From contig OZ252100.1 in assembly GCA_965248435.1 (NCBI GenBank), positions 416,001-480,000 of the forward strand: DNA of 64,000 nt. Reading direction: 5' to 3'. The translations under genes were made by a program, and so were the position numbers. The notes beneath the pieces were generated by a model, which made no database searches, was not told the DNA's origin, and saw nothing but the letters and a program-made list of their open reading frames with translations. Every line of letters begins with the position of its first letter. Within the stretch, counting starts at the first letter, position 1. Positions 8,584-15,772 of the stretch are shown in pieces. The stretch comes from Candidatus Latescibacterota bacterium (GTDB lineage: Bacteria; Latescibacterota; UBA2968; GCA-2709665).

Positions 8584-9908
8584 TGGGACGCGCTCCTCGT
8601 TGGGCCTGGGCCGCGGAAGAACCAGGTGGTCGCCCTGAAAAAGAAACGAAGATCGTGGGAACTGCCAGGAAAGGGGTTGGCTCGTGACGCGAGCTTCAGG
8701 TCCTGCACCAGATCCTGCCCCTGTACGCTGATCGTAAGGTGACGGCTGGGTCGGTAGCTGAGACCGAGCGTGGACGTCAGCACTGTGCTGCGCGCTCCCT
8801 CGCCATCATAGGTTCTGAACTTCGAGAAATGAAAGCCCCCGTCGACCCAGATTTCAGGATTCAGGCGAAATCGGAGATTCGCCGTCGCACCGTCCCCGAT
8901 ACCGCCATATCCGCGCCTCCGAATGTAGCCCACGTAGCCATTCAACAGGTTTGCTCCCAAGTTGGCCCTGTATCCCTGGTCTGCTTCATAATCCACCGAG
9001 GAAAATTCGCCGAAGAGGCTAAAATGTCGATTGAACCGGTAGCTGCTCCGGAAGGAGAGTTCCTGATTGCTGCTCTGATTGAACAGGGCAAAGATGCTGT
9101 TCTGATCCACATACGGCGTCCGGTAAAGGTATTCCCCCGAGATCGTGAACCCGCCCTGATGATAACGCAATACCCCCTCCATCCGGCGCGTGCGCAGCTC
9201 GCCAGGGATGCTCAGATCCCATCGAAGCGTGAGGTTCGTGCGTTGGCCCAGGTCTCTACCGACGTCGAACCCGACCATCTCCTGCTCCACCTCTCCGGGG
9301 CGCACCTCCAGATCACTCAGTCCGGCCGCAATGCGAGCGTCTGACAGGTAGGTCTCGGTACGGCGGCTTCGACGGTAGAAACTGATCCCCAGTCGGGTAT
9401 CCTGGATCCGTGAGGAAACGAGATGAATCCCGAACATGTGTCCATCTCCCCACGAACTTACGCCTTCACGGTCAAGGGAGGGAAGCGAGCCCGCATAGGC
9501 GTCCAGGCGGGCGAGTCCGCCGATGTCCAGATCTGCCCTTACGCCGTCGATCCGGCCTACGCCCACGCCCGCGAAGACCAGCTGTCGCCCCCAGGTCACC
9601 ACGAACCGGTCCTGTGTATCCTTCCATCTGAAATAACCGTGATAAAAACGATGCTCGGGCTGGTTCCCAGCCCTGTTGAATAGATCCAACGAGGTTCGCA
9701 CGTAGGTCTGAAAAGAAAACTCCGGACGAGCCAGTCGCATCACCCTGAGGCGTGCGGACTGGTAGGCCCGGAGGTCGGCCCGGCTGACCGTATCTGGATA
9801 CGATCGCTCGAACGTGTAAAGGGCGGTCGTAAAACGCCCCGTCACTCCAGTGGCAGACGCACTGCCGGCCAGGAGCGACAGGGCGACTGTCGCTGCGAGA
9901 AGACGCAA
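8580..9908 (-). CDS. Outer-membrane beta-barrel protein (putative porin of a porin-cytochrome complex)
   Basis: Signal peptide, alternating hydrophobic/aromatic beta-strand pattern, aromatic-rich C-terminal strand; 4-bp overlap with the multiheme gene. Confidence 0.75.
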   Translation of the reverse strand: MRLLAATVALSLLAGSASATGVTGRFTTALYTFERSYPDTVSRADLRAYQSARLRVMRLARPEFSFQTYVRTSLDLFNRAGNQPEHRFYHGYFRWKDTQDRFVVTWGRQLVFAGVGVGRIDGVRADLDIGGLARLDAYAGSLPSLDREGVSSWGDGHMFGIHLVSSRIQDTRLGISFYRRSRRTETYLSDARIAAGLSDLEVRPGEVEQEMVGFDVGRDLGQRTNLTLRWDLSIPGELRTRRMEGVLRYHQGGFTISGEYLYRTPYVDQNSIFALFNQSSNQELSFRSSYRFNRHFSLFGEFSSVDYEADQGYRANLGANLLNGYVGYIRRRGYGGIGDGATANLRFRLNPEIWVDGGFHFSKFRTYDGEGARSTVLTSTLGLSYRPSRHLTISVQGQDLVQDLKLASRANPFPGSSHDLRFFFRATTWFFRGPGPTRSASQ

Positions 9909-9935
9909 ATCCCCTCCCCTTCAAAAAGCGTCTTG

Positions 9936-11024
9936 CTATACGCTCAAATCGAAAAACCTGATGAAGACCAGGAAATCGAAGAAATCGATCCTGTCATCCG
10001 GGCTCAGATCAAACTTCGGGTCGTATTCAGCGTCTCCAAGAACCTTGTTAAAGACCACCGTGAATTCGATGAAGTCAAAGAAGTTTACCGTGTTGTCCCC
10101 GGTAAAATCCCCCAACAACATCTTGGCGACCGACCACTGCATCTGTGCCACAGAATTCTCCCCACTCGACGCCGTCACCAAAACTTCGTCATCAGCCTCA
10201 CCGGTCGTCACGGCCAAGATGAAAGAGGAGCCGGTCTCAGCCTGCTCAATGCCGTTTGCGATCCAGACATAGGTCACGGCCTCGCCATCGGGATCTTCGG
10301 CAACTATAGAAAACGTAATTGTCTCTTCGGGCATACCCAGGACGGTCGTCCTGCCCGGGTCGGCACTCGTAATCTCTACCTCGCGATCGACGTTTTCGAC
10401 GACGATCTGAACCGCCTGGGAGACCTCCTCCTCTCCGTCGCTAGCGGTAAAAGTAATGTCGAACGTGTTTCCACCCTGTTCGAAATCAGGCACCCAGGAA
10501 AAGCTGTTGTCTGAGAGGCTGCCGCCAGAAGGCAGTCCACTCGCTGCGTATACAATCTGATCGTTGTCCTCGTCGGTGGCTTCCACGAGGAAAGTCAGCG
10601 TTTCGCCCTCCTTCACGGTCGCGTTCGGAATGGACGCAAGAACGGGCGCACGATTCTGGACTACCTCAGGCTTGCTGTTCGCATCTCCAGGGTTCGTGAC
10701 CTGGGCTCCCGAGATGGGAGAACCCGTGCCGTTCGGATCACCGAGCTCCTCACCATTCGTGAAGCCGTCGCCGTCAGAATCCATAGACGCGATCGAGGAA
10801 TTCCAGACCACATTGCCGGCGTTTCCTGAGGCTGTCAGAAATCCACCGTTGATTGCGTTACCGAACGAATTTCTCGCACCGCCTCCACTCGCACTAACGT
10901 GGCAGTTCGCACATCGATTCACGCTGCCATTCGGGATCTGATTGACCCGCTTGCTTCTGGCACTGACGGACGAAGCTGAGGTGAGAACCAGGACCAGACT
11001 GAGAAACAGGTAGCTGTAGGCCAT
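9936..11024 (-). CDS. Secreted protein: temptin-like domain with CANCH heme motif + cadherin/Ig-like domains + C-terminal dockerin/EF-hand pair
   Basis: ATG 11024 with GGGAGG SD; IPNG..CANCH..GGGARNSFG..W..DSDGDGFTNGEELGDP..NPG; NRAPV Ig repeat; GDFTGDNTVNFFDF...DLSPDDRIDFFDF. Confidence 0.85.
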   Translation of the reverse strand: MAYSYLFLSLVLVLTSASSVSARSKRVNQIPNGSVNRCANCHVSASGGGARNSFGNAINGGFLTASGNAGNVVWNSSIASMDSDGDGFTNGEELGDPNGTGSPISGAQVTNPGDANSKPEVVQNRAPVLASIPNATVKEGETLTFLVEATDEDNDQIVYAASGLPSGGSLSDNSFSWVPDFEQGGNTFDITFTASDGEEEVSQAVQIVVENVDREVEITSADPGRTTVLGMPEETITFSIVAEDPDGEAVTYVWIANGIEQAETGSSFILAVTTGEADDEVLVTASSGENSVAQMQWSVAKMLLGDFTGDNTVNFFDFIEFTVVFNKVLGDAEYDPKFDLSPDDRIDFFDFLVFIRFFDLSV

Positions 11025-11188
11025 ACACGCCCTCCCACGGATGATGAAGTTGTAAAATCTGGGGAACTCCCAGTAGAAACATATGGCTGACCTCCGAGCT
11101 GCCCGGGTATGGCTTTCCGGGCAACTCATTGCTACCTTATACGCTTTCGTGGGTAGATGGATGCAGGAAAATTCGCGTGGGGACGCAG

Positions 11189-11318
11189 AAAAGAAAAAAC
11201 CCCGGCCCGCTCGATCGCCTGTTATTGAGATTCGCTCACTCAACGGCGTGGAGAGGTCCGTCACGTGAGGTCATAACGGCGGGGGAGAACTGAGCAGGCC
11301 GGGCAACTTCCACTGATC
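11189..11318 (-). ncRNA. Candidate structured RNA / attenuator (long hairpin ending in a U-tract)
   Basis: TATAAC -10 at 11325-11330; nested stems CCCGGCCUGCUC/GAGCGGGCCGGG, GCC-GUUAU-GA/UC-AUAAC-GGC, CUCAC/GUGAG, GACGG/CCGUU; followed by GUUUUUUCUUUU. Confidence 0.55.
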
Positions 11319-11384
11319 AAGATAGTTATACAGAAAACATAACAAACCCGACGAAGGGACGCAAGGATCAGGACGGCGGAAATC

Positions 11385-12464
11385 CTATCGTGCAGGACGC
11401 CAAACGATTCCGGATTCATCCATGCCGAAGGTCCCGTCGCTCATCTGCCCGATCTGATCGACCCGCTTTTCCCCGTTCAGATCGGTTATCTCCATCGCGA
11501 TCGATGCCTCGGCCTGAAAGGTCCTCGCGGCCGTCCAGGACTCATCCGTTTCCACATTACCTGAAGACGATATCTTAAATCCCTGCAGCTGAAGCAATTG
11601 TACCCGAACATCCTCTCCGACCTCGCCCTCGACTCGCAACGTCGCGCGCGCAGGACGATTGAGGACCATCACCAGCTCATCCCTTCTTTTGGAAACCTCC
11701 TCCAGATCTTCTTTGAGCTTATCCAGATTCCGAACAGACAGCAGGTGCTTTCTGATCTCCTCGATCAACCTGAGAAAGACCTTGTGTCGGCTGGGATTTC
11801 GGCTGATGTAATGTTTGTTGTTACGGGTCAGACCGCCGACCAAAACCCGCAGAATGAACTCTTCAAGCGCTTTGTCTACCTCTTCGAACGGTTTCCCCTT
11901 CACCGCCTTGTAAAACGTCGTGAGATCGACCACCAGTTCCCGCTTCCCTGGCTTCAGGATGCCTCCGAAGGACATGTCGACCTGGCGATAGGTCTTGATG
12001 AACTTTCGAGCGGCGAGGCTATTGGTCTGGGAGAGTGCCTCTATTTCCTCCTTCACATTTTGCTGGTCAGCTCGGAATCTTCGCAGCCTCGCCAGATCGG
12101 CAGAATGGGTGCCGAGGCAGACCTCTGATTCGAGAAGGCTCCCTTTTACGGTCGCACCCAGATCTAACCTGAGACTGCTCTTATCCACATCTCCCGACGC
12201 GACGACTTCGCGCGCCTTGATCTTCGCGTGGCAGACGGATCTTTCCAAAATGGCCTGTCCTGCCACCTCGATCAGGCAAGGATGGTTGGGTGCGCCCGTG
12301 ACTTCCCCGCAGATCAGGAGGTTTCCGTCACCCCGTATGACGCCCCCCTGCGTAACGTCCCCAGACACAACACCGTCGTGGTCGTGAAAGTCGACCTCTT
12401 TCGTAACGGTCACTTCTTCGACCTTGTGAACCTTTCGTTTCGGCTCCCGCCCAAGCTCCGTCAT
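11385..12464 (-). CDS. FapA/DUF342-like beta-helix and coiled-coil protein
   Basis: VSGDV..GG.I...GNL.I.GEV beta-helix repeats followed by a coiled coil and a VEGEV..V C-terminal segment. Confidence 0.6.
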   Translation of the reverse strand: MTELGREPKRKVHKVEEVTVTKEVDFHDHDGVVSGDVTQGGVIRGDGNLLICGEVTGAPNHPCLIEVAGQAILERSVCHAKIKAREVVASGDVDKSSLRLDLGATVKGSLLESEVCLGTHSADLARLRRFRADQQNVKEEIEALSQTNSLAARKFIKTYRQVDMSFGGILKPGKRELVVDLTTFYKAVKGKPFEEVDKALEEFILRVLVGGLTRNNKHYISRNPSRHKVFLRLIEEIRKHLLSVRNLDKLKEDLEEVSKRRDELVMVLNRPARATLRVEGEVGEDVRVQLLQLQGFKISSSGNVETDESWTAARTFQAEASIAMEITDLNGEKRVDQIGQMSDGTFGMDESGIVWRPAR

Positions 12465-12485
12465 TTCGCTAATCCCGCGCTGGAC

Positions 12486-12881
12486 CTACGCGTCCGCTCC
12501 TAATTCCCGAATCGTTCCCCGCTTGTCGACAAGCTCCCTCGTTAACCCGAACAGATCCTGTAACAGGTTGACGCGCACCGGCTTGGAGAGGACCAGATCG
12601 GCATACTCCCTCACTGTCTCCGGGACATCGTGCGTGTAGCCTGAGATGATTGCAATGACGGACCAGGGCATCATACCGCGGATCACGGAAAGGATATCCA
12701 GTCCGCTCACACCAGCCATCTTGATATCCAGAGTCACGAGGTCATAGGCCCCCTGCACAGCCTTCGCCAGGGCTTCCTCGCCACTCTCGGCGGTATCCAG
12801 CTTCTCGCATTCCAGGGTCTTCATACAGCTCACCATGAAGTCCCGGACATCCGCATCATCGTCTACTATGAGTACTTTCAT
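12486..12881 (-). CDS. Single-domain response regulator (receiver)
   Basis: KVLIVDDD, DLVTLDIKM, ISG, LSKP. Confidence 0.92.
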   Translation of the reverse strand: MKVLIVDDDADVRDFMVSCMKTLECEKLDTAESGEEALAKAVQGAYDLVTLDIKMAGVSGLDILSVIRGMMPWSVIAIISGYTHDVPETVREYADLVLSKPVRVNLLQDLFGLTRELVDKRGTIRELGADA

Positions 12882-12913
12882 ATGACCTCCAAAACCAGGC
12901 TTAGCCGCCCAAA

Positions 12914-13654
12914 TCAGGCAACTCTTCCAAACTGTCGAGCGAAATCCAGAAAGTCCAGAAAGTCCACCGCTTCGTTGTGGTTGAGATCGAACCTCTCGTC
13001 ATAGTGGATCTCTCCCAACCGGGTTCCGAATCGAAGGACGAATCCAAGGAAGTCGATGAAGTCGACCTTCCCACTATCGTCGAAATCGGCAGTTATCGTG
13101 TCCTTTTCCTCACCTCCTTGTCGCGTCATTCTGAGAATTCCCTGGGGGGGGGCCGTTTCTGCAACCAGGTCGGAGACCAGATCCTCGAACTCCCCCAGGG
13201 GGACGGTCTGGATCAGCCTGAGTGTATCCTCTCCGGCCGAATAAGAGAAGGTGTCCCGAACCCCGGGCGTCGGAATATTCTCAAGGATCAAAAGAGGTTC
13301 CTCCAGCCGGTATGTCCCTGCCGACCTTGCTGTATCCTCGTAGTCGGTCTGGATCGGAATCCCAAACAAGGAAAAAGACAGGCTTACGCTCAGGATGTAG
13401 CCTGCCTCGTAGCTTCCGTCCGGGCTGAGGGTGACGCGACCCGACACCCTCCCCGAAAAGGAGAGTCCAGAAATGGCTGAGAGCAGATCTGGCGATGCAT
13501 AAGCCTGCAAGGCAACCCTATCCGCTTCCCAGGTCCCAAGAGGGTCTCCTCCGGTGACGGCAGGCGCCTCGCTGAGTATCTCAGCATCTGCCCGAAATGC
13601 TGAGATCGCCAAAAAGCACAATACTGGAAGCACGGCCCTACACGACGCGCGCAC
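12914..13654 (-). CDS. Secreted protein with C-terminal dockerin/EF-hand pair
   Basis: Signal peptide; ADFDDSGKVDFIDF...FDLNHNEAVDFLDFLDFARQFG. Confidence 0.8.
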   Translation of the reverse strand: MRASCRAVLPVLCFLAISAFRADAEILSEAPAVTGGDPLGTWEADRVALQAYASPDLLSAISGLSFSGRVSGRVTLSPDGSYEAGYILSVSLSFSLFGIPIQTDYEDTARSAGTYRLEEPLLILENIPTPGVRDTFSYSAGEDTLRLIQTVPLGEFEDLVSDLVAETAPPQGILRMTRQGGEEKDTITADFDDSGKVDFIDFLGFVLRFGTRLGEIHYDERFDLNHNEAVDFLDFLDFARQFGRVA

Positions 13655-13899
13655 GACTCAGGGTTCGCCCAGAGTCATCGTGTCTCCGAACATCATAACA
13701 TCAATATAAATAAATGACATTACCCAAAAAAGCGGAACGTTGGGAATTCGTGGATAAACAGACTGGCGGAAATCCCTCACCCGCCATGGAGGATTTCCAC
13801 CATTTAACGCGAAGCTGCCGTGGAGAACATCCCGGATCAAAGGTTATAAACTAATTTAAAATAATGTATTATGAGGTATTTTCCGCTCTTTCTCCGTTT

Positions 13900-13915
13900 C
13901 GGTACGGAAAATGCA
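13900..13915 (+). promoter_or_regulatory. Putative sigma54 (-24/-12) promoter of the histidine kinase
   Basis: cGGTACGgaaaATGCa (GG-N10-GC), with an AT-rich IHF-like tract upstream. Confidence 0.45.
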
Positions 13916-13924
13916 AGCACATGA

Positions 13925-15244
13925 TTGGAGATTGAATCATCTCAACTATTCGCCAGAACCATGTTTTCGACCGCTATGGCTCCAATATACCTCATTTGGC
14001 TGATTCCTGCCGCCGGGCTACTTGTCATCCTGGTTTACGGGTCGTTTACCCTTGGCCGCAGAAAGGCACGTCGGGAGGAACGCCGACGCCTGGAAGCGCA
14101 AGTCAGGCACTCTCAGGAGTTGGAGACACTTGGAAAGTTGACTGCCGGCATCGCCCACGACTTCAACAACACCCTGGCGATCATCCTGGGCTACGCGGAA
14201 ATGGGACGCGACGAGGTCCCGAAGCAGGGCAGCGCCCGAGAGAACATCGAGGAAGCGCTCAAAGCAGGCTACCGCGCACGCGATCTGGCGAAACAGCTCC
14301 TGGTAATCAGCCGCGGGAGCTCACCCGAGCGCGGCCCGATCGCCATGGCCCAGCTGATTGAGGAATCCCTCCAGATGCTGCGTGCCTCTTTTCCAAGGAC
14401 TGTGAAAATTCAGAGGGAGATCGATCCCGATGCCGGCTTCATATCGGGCCACCTATCCCAAATCTACCAGGTGATCATCAACCTCTGCTTGAACGCCCGA
14501 GACGCGATGCAGGAAGGGACTGTAACGGTGGGGCTTTCCAGTGTCGTGCTCGATTCAGAATTCGTCGGGCGTCACGGTGTAGTGGCAGGAAACTACGTGA
14601 AACTCACCGTCTCAGATACAGGAGAGGGGATCACTCCCGAGGTGCGGTCAAGAATCTTCGAGCCCTTCTTCACGACGAAGATCGCTGGAGAGGGAACTGG
14701 GATGGGCCTCCCCGTGGTCAGGAGCATCATCGAAAATCACGATGGCGTGATCGAAGTGTCCAGTCGCCCCGGGGAAGGCGCAACGTTTGAGGTCTACCTC
14801 CCCAGAACAGAGGGACAGAGGGAGTCCGTGGAGTCCAAGGACCCGGACATTGCGGCTGAGGACACCCCTATCCGATCTAGGGCCCGCGTCCTGTTCGTAG
14901 ACGACGACGAGCCCATTGCCACAATGGGGCAGAGGATGCTCGAGCGGTTCGGATATGAGGTGACCGCGAAATTGGACAGCCGGGAGGCCTTTGAGACCTT
15001 TCGCAGCCAACCAGATAGGTTCGACGTCGTCGTAACGGACTACTACATGCCCCACCTGGTCGGCACGGATCTGGCCCGGAAACTGAAGACGATCCGGCCC
15101 GACATCCCGCTGATCCTGATCACCGGCTTCAGTCACATGGTAAGCCCGGAACAGGCGCGAGAAGCAGGCTTTCGAGAGTTTCTCCTGAAACCCATGGCTG
15201 CCCGGGAACTGGGAAGGGCAGTACGGCAGGCACTAACCCACTGA
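13925..15244 (+). CDS. Hybrid sensor histidine kinase/response regulator (CckA-like; start may be 13961 or slightly later)
   Basis: TM helix; H-box AGIAHDFNN; N-box NLCLNARDAM; DTGEG, FEPFFTTK, GTGMGL; C-terminal receiver. Confidence 0.95.
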   Translation: MEIESSQLFARTMFSTAMAPIYLIWLIPAAGLLVILVYGSFTLGRRKARREERRRLEAQVRHSQELETLGKLTAGIAHDFNNTLAIILGYAEMGRDEVPKQGSARENIEEALKAGYRARDLAKQLLVISRGSSPERGPIAMAQLIEESLQMLRASFPRTVKIQREIDPDAGFISGHLSQIYQVIINLCLNARDAMQEGTVTVGLSSVVLDSEFVGRHGVVAGNYVKLTVSDTGEGITPEVRSRIFEPFFTTKIAGEGTGMGLPVVRSIIENHDGVIEVSSRPGEGATFEVYLPRTEGQRESVESKDPDIAAEDTPIRSRARVLFVDDDEPIATMGQRMLERFGYEVTAKLDSREAFETFRSQPDRFDVVVTDYYMPHLVGTDLARKLKTIRPDIPLILITGFSHMVSPEQAREAGFREFLLKPMAARELGRAVRQALTH

Positions 15245-15269
15245 TGCACTATCCAGGGAGTCTGAATCC

Positions 15270-15680
15270 ATGATTCGTCCGACGCTCGCTGACAGTATCG
15301 TACAAGCCGCTCTGGTGACTCGAATCCTCATCGTAGATGATGATGACCAGATGCGGTCCCTGCTCGGAAAAATGCTCGACGGCACAGGACACGATGTAGT
15401 GGTTTCTCCAGATGGAAAGGCCGGGCTGGATCTAATCAGCGAGCAACCTCCGGACGTAGTCGTTACCGATATCCTGATGCCGGAGACGGACGGGCTGGAA
15501 CTTATCTATACACTGCGGCGCGACTTCCCGGACGTCAAGATTATCGCGATCTCGGGGTGTGGGGAAACGGGATATCTGAATTTTCTCTCCGAAGCCGAGG
15601 AGTTCGGCGCCGATGAAACCTTGCGAAAACCGTTTACTCGCGCCCAATTATTGGAAACTATAGAACGCGTCCTTTTCTAG
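15270..15680 (+). CDS. Single-domain response regulator (receiver)
   Basis: ILIVDDD, VVTDILMPETDG, ISG, LRKPF. Confidence 0.92.
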   Translation: MIRPTLADSIVQAALVTRILIVDDDDQMRSLLGKMLDGTGHDVVVSPDGKAGLDLISEQPPDVVVTDILMPETDGLELIYTLRRDFPDVKIIAISGCGETGYLNFLSEAEEFGADETLRKPFTRAQLLETIERVLF

Positions 15681-15730
15681 ATGACCTCCGGGGTGATTGT
15701 TGTTTCTCCCCCTCTCCCCCATTTTATCGC

Positions 15731-15761
15731 CGTAGAGACGCCCCACCGGGGCGTCTCTACG
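15731..15761. repeat. GTAG-type REP palindrome
   Basis: Perfect 14-bp inverted repeat CGTAGAGACGCCCC-acc-GGGGCGTCTCTACG between convergent genes. Confidence 0.75.
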
Positions 15762-15772
15762 ATTATCCGGAT

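Noticed and set aside
11025-11264. N-terminal extensions in the ORF track (also 7386-7553, 24160-24228, 45835-45915, 46464-46700, 56360-56446)
   Set aside because: Downstream ATGs have an SD and/or signal peptide; the extensions overlap other genes, RNAs or repeats.
11189-11318. SRP (4.5S) RNA
   Set aside because: Similar size and rod shape, but it lacks the conserved domain IV GGAA tetraloop / AGCAG motif.
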